Below are positions 38,501 through 51,050 of a stretch of DNA of 64,000 nucleotides, in pieces. Position 1 is the first letter of the stretch, and each line of letters starts with the position of its first letter. Under the pieces are notes generated by a model, which saw only the letters and a program-made list of their open reading frames with translations, was not told the DNA's origin and did no database searches. Source of the DNA: Auanema rhodensis (lineage: Eukaryota; Animalia; Nematoda); contig OZ059894.1 in NCBI GenBank assembly GCA_964057225.1, forward strand, positions 16,430,001-16,494,000. Direction: 5' to 3'. The position numbers and the translations under genes are program-made.

Positions 38501-41500
38501 AGATCAATATCAATCTCATCTTCTATTCATAACTTGTTGAGGCAAGAAAAAACCATACAAAAAGTCATTTTTAAAGATAGAAGTCTCAGATATTCAAAAA
38601 GCTAAAAAGAAAATGATAAAAAGTAAAGAGAGATAGAATATTAATTTAAACTTTTATCTTCTTTTCAATATAAAAGAGAAAACTGATGAAAATATTTTAT
38701 GAATATACTTCAAGAAACTACTTCAAGACTGAGCATTGTCAACGAAAAAATTAATATTTCTGTCAAAATTGTTCAATAATCATTGTTGCAACTCAATCAG
38801 CACAAAAATAAACTAAAAAGATATTCTATTAAGAAACTGACTATTCACATGAAAGTTTCGCAGAACAACTTGAAGACAATCAAGGATATTTTTGCGGAAG
38901 GAAAAATAGAACATGACGATAACTCGAAACCGTTCATAGTAGAATGTGCAGAAACGGCAACAATGAAAAAGAAGATGCATAAGTTGTTGTCACAATTGTA
39001 GCTGAAGCTCAGCGAATGATATTGTTGACAGGCGAAGAGCTAGAGTATTTGGCTACTCAGTCACAACCTTTTTAGTATGAAAAGGCTATAGCTCAATATA
39101 GAAAGAAGAGAACTCAGACAAGTTTTTTTCCCAAAACAATTTGTCAAAGGAAAACGAGTAGCAAAGACAAGAACAGACGTGATGCGATTGAGCTAGTCGA
39201 TTTCAAATTGACCGAAATATTTGAATCGAATTAAATTTCACATAAGCATCCGTATAACCGAGACCGGCGGCGAACTGCCCCTCGAAATGAACAGGGAAGG
39301 AAGAGGAAGATATCCCGAGCTTGAAAGCAAAAGTACGCTGAACCAATAAGAAATTCTAGATGTTGGATCACGGCAATGACTAACTTCCTTTTATGAAATG
39401 CCAAAATTCAAGTGAAGAAAATTGACACGTGAATGAGCAAATAAAGGTCTGCTGATTTCTAGATGGATAACTTATACTTTTGTATAGAAAAGTTTTTAAA
39501 AAAAATGGCGAACGCCAATAGAAATATATAAAAGAACTGCACTTCAAAGCAAAATGAAATAATAACTCAATTTTAAAAAAAAAAAAAAGAAAAGAAAAAG
39601 AAATTGCATTTCAAAGGATCACATCAGCTGACCTGGGCTCGTTCATAGTTTGAGTTTCACGAAAACGGCTTACCGACATTCCCATAACATATTGCACGTT
39701 TATTTAGCCTACGGCTACATCTTCCTTTCTATTCTTTCTTCTCTACTTTCTTTTGCTCCTCTCATTTCGTTTTCTCTTGCTCTCTCTGCTAATTTCTATA
39801 TGTTACTTTCTTCTTTTTCATGTTCACTTGCTTTCATAGTTTGGCTATTGGCATTGAGTGAAATCAATAAAAGGAGAGTAGAGTAAAAGCACAAGAAATA
39901 AGAGAAGGACACATCCGACTTCTCATACATCATCAGAACATACATTGCATACATTTAAATATTAAATTTATAATACTGTATGCGTATAAATTGAACGAAA
40001 ATTAATGAAAAATCAAAAACAGTAATTTGTTCTAAATGAACATCTGGCATTACACTTGCTTTCTCTTCTCCCATACTCAAATGGGCTTCAAGAAGCACAT
40101 GACACACAGTAAGTACTAATTTAGAATGTTTCGAACATTCTCATTAAGAAATATAACTTTAGTTTAGATCAAAATATCAAAAAACAGGATGAATTAGTGT
40201 AAAGTAGTGCTCAGTCCATTTGGACTAACGATATACAGACATCAGAACAAATGAATGAACAGAAGCTCTAAGGAGCAACAACAACATCTTTTGTGAAAAT
40301 AGCAAATGATAATAGACGTCAACCAACTGACATGCATAAAGATAATAAAGCTTATTGTCAGCATGTATAGAATCTTCAGAAACGAGTAGACTGGATGTGA
40401 AAATAAAACATATAGTACGCTTACATATGAAAAAAAAATTAAAGAAGAGTCAGTGAGCAGGAATCAAAATTTGAGACGAACAGAAAAAAAGAAAATAGTC
40501 TGAGAAAAATGCTCAGAAATCTGATTTGACAATTCATCTGTCTATTCAGTTTATGATGAGATCGAATTTTCAAGTTGACAACTCAACATTTCAATGATCT
40601 CGAATTTTCACGTCTTTTTTTAGATGCAGTTTAATGCGCATTCACAGGAAATACTTAGGAGAGACTAGCGTTATGCTCAGGACGAGGAAGCAATAGAAGA
40701 AAGACTTGATGATGAAGACGTTAGTGAGAAAGATGAAAGCAGTAGAAAGCAGAGTGACATAGCCCCATAGCTTGCTTTCAATAGAATCTTTCATCCGCTG
40801 CTTGCCTGAGCTCAGCTTTTCAGTGGTCGAGCCTTTTGAGGGCGCCAATTGTGAAAAATTCATAGCAATTGATATGCACGAAAGATAGAGTTGGGTTCAC
40901 TGAGTGTCTAGATGAACATATATGAAAATACTTATGAAAAACGGAAGAAAGAGCATCTGAATATAACAGCAACGCATGTATTATAAAATGAAATGCGATT
41001 GCGATAAAGAAAAAAATTATATTTTGGATATAGTTAGCCGGAGTAGAAGCTAACGATCAGTGAGACTAGAAAGTATCTGCTTCTCTACACTAGAATGATT
41101 GCATAGACATATCTGCTTTTCAAACAATCTCTTGCATAGACAACATATACAACAGGAAAAAGTAATGAATCAGAAATCATGGATACGGAGATGTTCGTTG
41201 TGAGTTAAAACCTTAATGGAAACAGAACAGAAGACAAATGGAAGGTCTAGTCGAGAAAATCTCTTAATAGGGGTGATGCAGTAGTAGTGAATGCATGTCC
41301 ATTATGGAGGCCAGCGTATAGCACGACATGTATTATGCTGGCAACAGAATGATTGTAGGAATATAAAGGCATTCCTATCTGAATGAAAAAAAAGTTAAAA
41401 AGAAAACAGAGGGCTAGAGTTGGCGATAGAGACACAGAAAGTGAAGAGAATAGGCATAAGGGAAGGATATGAAGAAAACAGGGAAAAGAAGCCTGGACGC

Positions 41501-44500
41501 CACGAAAGCAAATCAATCGAGCGAACGAGAGCAAAATGATAAATAAGCGATTCAGAATCTTTGGAAATTGACTGCTACTGATGGAACACGCAATGCGAAA
41601 CCAAACGAGTGTACACTTAGCGCGTTGGCATGAGCTTCAACTCTCCTGAAGGCCATGTTCATCAAACTTTAACTTAAATGTGGTTTTAATATACTTTAAA
41701 GTTCAAATAGAACAGTGAAAGAGAACTTGAACTAAGTGAAAGAAAAGCTCAAACAGTTGATGTAAGCCTATAAATAAAATATCTTCATCATCTTCTAGTT
41801 GTCCGATAATTATTCATTCATAATATTCCATCATGTATGTTTCCGGACACTTGAGAAAGTATGAGAGGGCAAGATTTACGAAGAGGATTGAAGAAAAAAG
41901 TCGGACAGCATCATTTCGAAGACAATGAGCTTAACTATATTAACTTTATTATAATATAGAGATAGTAAACGCCTGTTTTCAAAGCACAAATAGGAGAACA
42001 AAAAGAAGAAAAAACGAATAAGCTATTATAATAAAAACATATTTCTCGTTGAGAAAAGTTGAAGAAAGTTTGCCGCAAATCATAATAACTATAATTTTAT
42101 AACTAATATAACTAAGCATTATATGAAAATTCAATAAAAGTAAATGGCAAAGTTTCTCTTAATCTACTGACTGAGAGCAATCAAATTAAGCTGAACAACC
42201 ACAATTAGTTATAAGCTTTCGATCTATGCTGAATCCCAGTAGAGGGCTGGAGTGACCCTTCGACTCATTTATGGCTTGGTGTGGGTGATAATTAGACGAC
42301 GCAAGCTATGTAAACCTCAGCAGAAAATTATGGAAAACCAACGAGGAACGGAGAAACAGATTAGACAATCGTCAACAATCAAATGAAGTCAACGAATTAT
42401 TTGGAATGGGCGTCCATTCGAAGGACATACGAAATCCTTTGAACCATTAAAGCCCAAAAATAATCCCATCTGTCCATAAAGAAAAAGCTGTTCGGAAAAG
42501 AATTGATGAAGATGGAGAAAAGAAATAAAGAGAACAAACTGCGTTCACGTTTCTTGGCCACCATGACATTGATCGGCTTTATTTTTAAAAACGTATGGTT
42601 TAACGAAAGTTGAATTATGGTTGAATCCATATTAAGCCTTCAATATATTCTTATTTGAAATGACGTCATCGATTAATTCATGATTAGTGTGTACAGGAAC
42701 ATAAAAATATATTTATATATTGAGAACATAAGCACGACGTTTATGCTCTCAACGCTCTTTGCACCCTAATATGGAGACCCTCTTTCTCTCTCTCTCTCTT
42801 TCTATCGTTTTCCTTATACTCCCTTCCACTAGAGTTAAAGAGAGCAAGACCACGTGGGCAGTAGAATAAAGTAGAAAGGCAGCTAAACATCACATATAAT
42901 ATTCTCTAAAACTTATGCATGGTGCTCTGAGTTCGCATTTCAGATCCCAAATAAATTCCATATACATATAAATATATACTTAATAATTGAAGGTTAAGAA
43001 AAAGAGCGGAAGTGCATTTTCACTGTTGCGGGTTTCTGAGCAACAAGAAAGAAGGGTTATATGGAATTTAGAATCCATAAATACGGCCTCCAATATCTTA
43101 AGTCTTCGCAAACTAGTGATGGGAAATCATTCAAACTGAATAGTGGACTGACGTCTGAGTGAGACTTTTTCCACGCAGAAATATATTGAGAATAGGCTAA
43201 GAAGATTGAAAAAGATTGCACCATGAACAAAGACATTGAATAGAATATTTGAGGATTTTTCATTTTTAAATGAAAGTTATTAGTAATAATATGCTATTTA
43301 ATCTTCTGTGCTGCGATATACATAGATAGATTTATATAGCAAATATGCATGTTCAGTCGTAAAATTGCTGAAAATGGGAGAATAAAAAAGGTGTATCGTA
43401 TGAAAAAAAAAATTAGCCAGTCTTCTGATAAGATATTCATCAACAGAGAAAATATCTGATTGGTCTGCTGTTTAGTTTCCTACACACATACACACACTCG
43501 TTGCTAGGTAGGATTTAGCCTAGTCATGCTCTTCCCAATATTTTTCTGATTCGAACATTAATTCTAAAAACATCAGACGAACGTCATACTTAAGCAAATT
43601 AACTATCTTATAGTCTAATAGTGTATACAACAACCAAAAAAAAGACAAAACAATGAATAATAGACTTATCGGGAACAACTGAATGAATATGTCTTTCATA
43701 AATCAGTTGCGCATTTCCTAGTTTAAGTAAGCTATTATAGAAATATTAAACATAAATAGCTCCTAACAAGCAGGTTATATCGTGAAGTGAAATTAGAGAG
43801 GAGGAAAGAATAAAGTATTGAGCTGAATATGGAGAGGGTGGGAGGGTAAGGGAGACTGATGAAGTAAAGAGCGCCTATTGAGGTTATTTAAAAATAAAGA
43901 AAATCAGAGAACAAAGATGAATGCGTGGAAAACAGAGAGAGAGCACAACATGGATAGCAACATGCAAGACATAGTAAAGGAGAGAGGGAGGAGAGGGAGA
44001 GGGGAGGGGAGGGCGATGAGAGAAAATGAGGAATTCAGTGTAAATGAGCACCTACATATAGGCCGGATGACGATGATGGTGCTACTAGACGTCTTCTACT
44101 GGCCATAAATACTAGGCTTCAGCTCCCTTGTAGCCTATCTCCTTTTACTATTTAATTATCCTTCGTCGAGTCGTGGGCCGCCCGTCTTCTCTCTCCTCCC
44201 AACATCACCCTTTTGCTAGCATACATCGTATACTTCTGAGCTATTATGGAATAGATGAGAGACTTGGCAATAGATGGAAGTCCGGAAAAGATAAACTAGC
44301 GACTAAAAACCAGAAGAAACAAGAAAGTAATTCAGTTAGTAATTTGTTTAAATTGAGAAGCAATTTTCAGAGGAATTCAAGAAAGCGGGTATAGTCATAC
44401 GTTAATTCTATTTCGCATAAGATGATCAATTATTATTTTAATTTCTATTATTATTTTGAATTGTTCGAACATATTCCTAAAAAGCACAACTAACCTTGAA

Positions 44501-47500
44501 CATACAAATCCAAAATTGGCAATCCATTAAAGTTGATTCCAGAAATCTCTCCGTGAAAAGGGTCATATAGACGAATATCATTACTTCGAGTATATCTGAA
44601 TGATTGATAAAGCTTATCAATAAACACTATTATATACCGAGTTTGATCAGTTTTCTGTAGATGAAGAGTATTCATAGATGATCCAATGAGTAATCTCCAA
44701 TGCATATTTAACGTTGTCAATTCAATACCTTCTAAAAATATTCACATAATTAAAATATTAAATATAATTAAACCTTTAGGTGCATATCGAACTGGACTAG
44801 AATTATCTAATTGAAGAGTTACATTGTATTCATAACGGAATAATTTAACAGTATGTAGTTTCCCATCATTGACAGTTTTCGATAAAACACCAAAATGATG
44901 TTGACCACTTCCGAGATCAAATCTCAGATGTAGTATTCCTTCATCCTGTAATTAATAGAATATGATTTGATTGATATTAAAAGAAAGTTTCAAACAATAT
45001 AAAGTGTGAAGAAATCGGGTTCTGCCGATGATTCAACAGAAAACAATACTCCTGATAATTCTTTTGTACTGAATGCTATAACCATGAAGTCTTTAGATGT
45101 GCTTGGCATTTCTCCGGGTGGATACTCATAGTAGATACCAGATGCTTCCCCATTGAAGGAAAATGTGGTTGCAGCTTCAAAAAGCAGTTTAGTTACATTT
45201 CGAAAATAAAACAGAATTACGTTGACTGCATTTTGGTCCAGCATATCCGGATAGAGTGCAATCACAAAATATGTTGGTCCATCGTTGTATACATCGACCA
45301 CCATTCGAACAAGCAAAAGGTGAGCATCGTGATACAGGTCCTAAACAATCTCAATTACATAATGCTAAGCAGAAGTGTATAATATTGCAGTTCTAAACAA
45401 CATTCAATGATATTAGATGCATTGAGACAAGTGATAGTGAGGAAAAAAGCAGTGAAATTACAGCCAAGAAAAAGAATAAGAAAAAATTTCGGAGAATTGC
45501 AGAAGTAGTAATATAGAGCATAACTTGTATACATATATATTATATATACATATTTAGTTATACTCGTGAATATAGATATACATTTATAAATCTACATTAT
45601 ATCTAGTTTACCTATAGTTTTATAATTATGTCTTAGATGATGACTAGCTGTAAAAGAAGTAATTTCCTCATTCAGAAGGAAATATTATAAATATTATAGT
45701 TGAAAGATAGCATATTTTGATTCAAAAATATATGTATATGTATGTATATGAATTACCGTTGCAACCCTTTGCGATACTATGCATTGAATTAGCTTCTTCC
45801 ATTATATCTATCAAACGATCATTCAGACGCAAAGTTGAAATACAACCACGAAAACCAGTAGCTGACAGAGCACCATGAGCAGCTAAAGATGGCGGAATGC
45901 CTCCTATAATAAATAATATAAATATATATTCACATAATTTAGCTGAGACCTAAAACAGCTGGACCAGTTGGAACAAATATGGAGCTTGCAGCAGTGTTAT
46001 TCATAGGAATCGATGATGTTGTGTTATCAATAAGAAGCACATGTTCCATAGTATCAGGATTCTACAGCAACTTAAGTTTTAAAAAAGCATAAAATGTTGT
46101 TATTTACCTGATATACAAGTACAGTATGCCATCTCATGTCACTTAGATGTTGCTTATTTGAAAGTCTTGGAGATGTAATTGAACCTTCAGTTTTACCAAA
46201 TCGAAAAGAGTATCGAACTCTAGAAACAGAATGACACTATCATGATTGAAATTATGCAAACCTGGCATTAACTAGTTGGATTGTCATGAAGTTAGGTGAA
46301 TTAACTGGCAAATATGCAAATAGTAAAGACATTCTAACAAGAGTTTGAAATTTAAATGAAACCCGAAAATGACCCGTTAGTGAAGATATCTGAATCAAAA
46401 TAATAATTATGTGTATATAAATTATTATAAAATACTTTATCTGAACTAAAAGAAACGAAACCCGTTGAGTTTGTGAATGAAACCGACAATTGTTTTGATT
46501 TTCTGAAAGAAGCAAATACTTTTAAAATTATTAAAACCTGAAAACTACATGTTTCGAAGTCCCTTATTCTCTTTACTCGATTTTCCTTCTTTTCGAATTT
46601 TATTCAATAAATCGATGCTATTAAAATTCTGAAAAAAAGGAAAAACTATATTGAAAATACATATGGAGGTGATTTTACTAATTGACTAATATGCCCTTTA
46701 AAAGGTGATTGAATACGATCATCAGGTTTGAACGATCGTGCTCCAACGACTTCATCTATTTCTATTACAAGTGAAGAATTTAAGGTATCTGAATATATAT
46801 ATATTGAATATACTAATTAACATTGAACATTCATACAGCTGCTTCCCCATTTTCCATCAAAGTGCAACAGCATATGATTTCCTCGTCTTTTAACTTTGGC
46901 TGTATGCCATTTATTATCTGTAACTAGTTCTCCCCACATATGAACCTATAATCAATTTTATATATTATTTATAATATATTAACATACAGTTTTAGATGTA
47001 GATGTTTGTAATACAATATGTAGCATTCCATCTAATATGAATACAGATAGGAAATTTGAAGGATGTGCATTCGAACGAGTTTCGAGAAGACAGCCACGCA
47101 TTTGGTCGGTCTGATAAACAATTAGATAATTTCATTACAAACAAAAACTTTAATATTAACTTACTTTGAATCGAACTTCAATATTTTCAGCTTCAGACAT
47201 GGTAGATCGTGGGTATATGAACAGCATATTTTGTTCTCCGTCAATTGAATAAAACACCGGATCTGATTCGAAAAGTATTTAGGTTGAAACATATATGACA
47301 GATATACCAGCATTACAAGTTGGTCCAACCATGCTTGTTTGGGTACAATCACATTTGAAGGATAATGTTCCAGAAACGCATTTTCCATAGTTATGACATG
47401 GATTAGGTGAACAGTTATCCTTTCGTGTTGGACATCCCAGAGAAACACCTATTCAAGTTTGTAACAACAAAAGCTTCTAAAGCTTACCTGTTGTATTAGA

Positions 47501-50500
47501 ACTTTCAAAAGCTGATGCGATCTTGGCACTAATTCCATTAAGACGAACATTCTTGATACAACCAATAAAAGACTATAAATAGAATAATTATATTTTTCTC
47601 TTAACGTTTAACAATTACTTTTCGTAAAGATATGGACCAAATTGATGAAGGATATATGAAATTGGACGGAGGTAAGCCACCAATCAAGAGTGGATCAACT
47701 ATATTTAGTATTCATTAATTTATGTTAATAATGATACGAATAACTCACCAACATCCAAATTTGCTGATGTTCCAGGAGTATTGAAATCAGTCTTATGACT
47801 ATTTACAATAATCTTTCCTTGTCTTCTTATTCGTTCCATATAAACAAAATTCCAATCATTTGTATCAGTCAAACGTTTGAATGTAGTTTGTAAACGTATT
47901 GATCCTGCTCCAAGATCTATTATCATGTACAGATGACCATCAATCAGTTCAAAAGCTAAATACTCGGAAGAATTGTCAATCATTGAGCTTAATAAAAATA
48001 TTAAGCCATCAGGCTCAGTTGAACGAAAATGGAAAGCTGTAAAAAAAGATATTTATTATATCTTTCATAAAGTATAACTAACATATACTTCCACCTTTAG
48101 CATCACCTGTCCATTTAGGTAACACGAGAGGGCTTGAGCCTGAATGAAACGATAATACATCGGCTGGTTGTGCAGGATTTTTGCATGAAAAAGATAAATC
48201 TCCTCCTAAATAAGAATAAAAATATAAATACTATATAGGTAATATACCTGTTCTTATAATGCTATCACCATAACCTTCATCAGCCAAGCTTACAAAGTTT
48301 ATGCGTAAAGAATCAGCAGCATATTGAACCTGTTAACTATAATTAGTCAATTGTAAACAAACTATAACTAACCATCTTCAAACATCCTCTAAATGGAACC
48401 CTATTTACATTTTTGATATCATTATCCTTTGGAATTCCCCCAACATATACGAATGAATTATAAATCCAATCCATTTCAGGAGCATACTGTCGAATTTGAT
48501 CTTTCTGGTCATCGACTCGTAGTCTCATCTAGAACAAATGATATTCTTCCGTCAAACAACAAACCCAGAAGCCAGAACATCATATTTTCAATCATCATAT
48601 CAGAATATCATGCACTTTGAACACAGGGATGAAAACCAATAAAGGAAAAAAAACAAAATGAAAGCTGGAGAAAAAGCGTTAAGCCACACCCTCCACCGTA
48701 TTCGAAACGTGAAACGATGGACCGTTAGTAAGTAATAGGAGAAGCGAAGAACTGATTGAAACAAAAAAAAGGAGGAGAGGAAATTCAATGCAATGGGTCA
48801 TAACTTACATGAACTGCTGCTGTCTTTTCAGAATGCTAAAGAAGGTAACATGGTTAGAATACAACAACAACAAGCAGAGGGAAAAAACGTTAGAGCTTTA
48901 GAATGAGTTATTAAAGTTGAATAACATTCTTTTATAGGAACTATGCTATAAATTATAATGCAATATAATTATAATATTATTTATGTGATTACTGATTAGG
49001 AAATCACAAATATAATTAATATATGTTTATAAAAGTTATTAGAACTATTGATTTTAAACTCACAATTTGTAGAGTCCTCTCCAATGTTACTGTATGCCAT
49101 GTATCGTCATCATAACGTTCTGCTGGAAATTTATTGAAAAGCCGGATTATTCTAACATCTGTTCCTTCGAGTTTTGAAGCAGCTATCATAGCTCCATTTT
49201 CTAATGTTAATAGAAAATAACTCTTAAAATATAATTTGGTAATTCGGAAATAATTTTTTCATTATTTCAACCTTTTCGTCTCCGGCAAAGAATATAATAG
49301 CTGTTCCATGAACAGTTTTGAATGATAACGTGATATTCTCAGATTTAGTTCGAATAATCGCTGATATGTTTTTTGAAACATCGTATCCAATCCATTCTTG
49401 GCCACTGAATGTCAGCTCAGCATCAGTTTTTTCTTAATATGATAAATAAATAATAATTAAGACTAGATATCGTTACCTATATCACAGAATTTTCCTTCGT
49501 GATCACTGTTAGAACAATCACATTGTGGCCCTTCATTAGTTGAGAAACACGTTCCAAAATTTTGACATTCAAATACTTCTCTTGATGATACCTAAAATAC
49601 AATAACATTATAATTTAATAATTAAATTGAATAATCGTACGCCTGAAGGACGACAATAGTTGTCATCTGTATGCCTGATTCCTTGTCCATCGATGAGCTG
49701 CGGTGATGTTTCGCCTAAACAAAAGTTAAGATAATCACAACCGCTGCTGGTAGATTTGAAATTAAAAATGAAATGTAAAAAACACATAGTAAATCGCGTA
49801 ATTCATTAGCATATTACGTTAATTATAAATATAATTATGAAAGTACCAATAATCAATATTATAATACTACTATATTAGCATATAATTAAACAAATTATAT
49901 TCTTTACCTTGAGGATATAATCTATATACTAGATTACGAATATTTGCAGCTAAATGTATGGAAAAACGACGTAAGGGTGATGATAATCGGGGAAGAAGAT
50001 GTATATCCTATAAATATCAAGTATATCTTTAAATAGAATTATTTTATAATCAAAAAACATACAGCTGGAATACCGCCAACAAATACATCAGAATTCTTAT
50101 GAATATTTCCAAAAACAAAACTACGTTGGTTGAGAATTTTAAAAACTAGCGTAAAATCTAGTTCTAGTTTTACATTTTCGAAACTCTGAAATAGGTTCTA
50201 AGTGAATTTCAAATTTATTTTAACTTATAAGACCTGATGCAGTCTTAACGTGTGCCACCTATCATCATCAACTCTGATTTCATCTATTCGAATAGTTGTA
50301 ACTGGACGTTGGTGCCGGAAGTCATTTGAGTTGTCTCCCAACCTAAAGATCAAATGTTATCTATCAAAAAATCATGAAAATAATACCTAAAATCGAGCTG
50401 AATATGCCCATCATTTATCGAAATAGCATAGAAATTTCCATTCACCCCACTGTCATCAGTGTATAGAATAAGTCCATTTGATTGTCGAGTTTTGAGCTCT

Positions 50501-51035
50501 AGTGACAGAGAATTTTCGTATGAATGTGCCCACTTGGGATACCTAGAACAAAAAAGTTTCAAAAGAGTAACACCATGAACTCATCCATATTTTAAGTTTT
50601 GTTCGGCTCAAAGTTCGATATGCTGTTAGCATGACCAGATAAAAGAGTCCGCCTTCATATATCTTTTTATATTTGAGATAATATAGTATGTACTTTACAT
50701 CATTTTCAGTTTTAAAATATATAACCATCAGAATGTTCAAGAATGAACGTTCAGAAGTTTTTTTTTGTTTAATGACTGACGTGAGAGTTCAAAACGAAAG
50801 AACTTAGAAAATCAGAAATTCGCTTTGCATAACTTAAATTTTCTCCTTTCTATAGAATCTACGTCAAAATCTCAAAGTTCATTAAGCGTTTGATGGACGA
50901 AAAAATAATGAGCCGAGAGACACACCTAGCATACGAATCGGGAGCTCCAGACAAGATTATTGATGTGGCCAAATGGAATTGTAAAAAGAAAAAAACTATG
51001 GTGAATAGGCCAGGATCAAATATATTGTGAAGCAT
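23536..51035 (-). CDS. nrx-1: alpha-neurexin (signal peptide, 6 LNS/laminin-G, 3 EGF, Cys-loop, S/T-rich stalk, TM, PDZ-binding tail)
   Basis: 37 phase-compatible exons: 50926-51035, 50387-50542, 50234-50342, 50063-50185, 49908-50007, 49641-49714, 49477-49591, 49272-49432, 49064-49222, 48373-48528, 48248-48329, 48083-48205, 47749-48036, 47619-47698, 47488-47572, 47308-47448, 47165-47262, 46988-47110, 46837-46945, 46679-46788, 46549-46628, 46436-46502, 46262-46389, 46108-46219, 45950-46061, 45757-45903, 45221-45340, 44996-45174, 44774-44945, 44495-44731, 37936-38033, 37226-37316, 29142-29984, 24773-24918, 23948-24091, 23756-23866, 23536-23703 (sum 5457 nt). Starts MLHNIFDPGLFTIVFFFLQFHLATSIILSGAPDSYARYPKWAHSYENSLSLELKTRQ; TM ALVMIASLTVVLLIAIVVFCVF; ends KKKDFKEWYV*, the nematode neurexin PDZ ligand. 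Confidence 0.96.
24489..24569. repeat. interrupted (AG)n microsatellite in nrx-1 intron
   Basis: AG runs broken by repeated gtaaaa and aaa. Confidence 0.9.
25833..25912 (-). CDS. nrx-1: candidate alternative terminal exon of nrx-1 encoding a GPI-signal-like hydrophobic C-terminus
   Basis: caatgcag|CT GTG AGA GTA CCA ACA AAG ATT CCA ACA CCA TTA CTC GCC TCA CTC ATT TTC TAT CTT CTT CTT CTT CTC CTA TTT TAG = (A)VRVPTKIPTPLLASLIFYLLLLLLF*; phase 1 matches the upstream stalk donors. Confidence 0.45.
27974..27999. repeat. (AAT)n microsatellite
   Basis: direct reading. Confidence 0.85.
30110..30335 (-). CDS. nrx-1: alternative second Cys-loop exon of nrx-1 (gamma-type or mutually exclusive)
   Basis: tacacag|GAC CCG CCC CTA TGG...GAT TCC G|gttcga; DPPLWMIVMTSTVLPILCLMDWNSPKCRLNAPPPP...EDYSDS(G); phase 0-1, joins GFFIPVIP in frame; GC level like coding exons. 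Confidence 0.7.
33377..33405. repeat. (ATAG)n microsatellite
   Basis: direct reading. Confidence 0.9.
37040..37117 (-). CDS. nrx-1: candidate signal-peptide first exon for a short (gamma-type) neurexin isoform
   Basis: MILSILLKLFLIANLLYAYTSTYQSE|gttgat, phase 0 donor, preceded by a tattag acceptor about 15 nt upstream of the ATG. Confidence 0.4.
45612..45647 (-). CDS. nrx-1: candidate 36-nt alternative microexon of nrx-1 at LNS5-EGF3 hinge (ASHHLRHNYKTI), SS6-equivalent position
   Basis: cttttacag|CTAGTCATCATCTAAGACATAATTATAAAACTATAG|gtaaac; phase 1-1 matching flanking exons; no stop. Confidence 0.6.
48809..48835 (-). CDS. nrx-1: candidate 27-nt alternative microexon of nrx-1 in LNS2 (HSEKTAAVH), SS2-equivalent position
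   Basis: ttctttag|CATTCTGAAAAGACAGCAGCAGTTCAT|gtaagtt; phase 0-0 matching flanking exons; no stop. Confidence 0.75.
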
Positions 51036-51040
51036 GACAT

Positions 51041-51050
51041 CTGTAAAGAA
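51041..51050 (-). promoter_or_regulatory. splice acceptor just upstream of nrx-1 start (trans-splice or 5'UTR intron)
   Basis: ttctttacag| 5 nt before the in-frame ATG. Confidence 0.5.

Noticed and set aside
40642-40863. 73-aa ORF with hydrophobic C-terminus nested in an nrx-1 intron
   Set aside because: Hydrophobicity is explained by the pyrimidine-rich strand; no compatible splice sites or family motif
44732-44773. SS4-type cassette exon in LNS6
   Set aside because: An intron sits at about the SS4 position but is only 42 nt, with no room for an exon; the same holds for introns near SS1 (44 nt) and SS3 (42 nt)
49715-49907. Microexon in the enlarged 193-nt intron of LNS1
   Set aside because: No AG...GT pair giving a frame-preserving phase 1-1 exon was found
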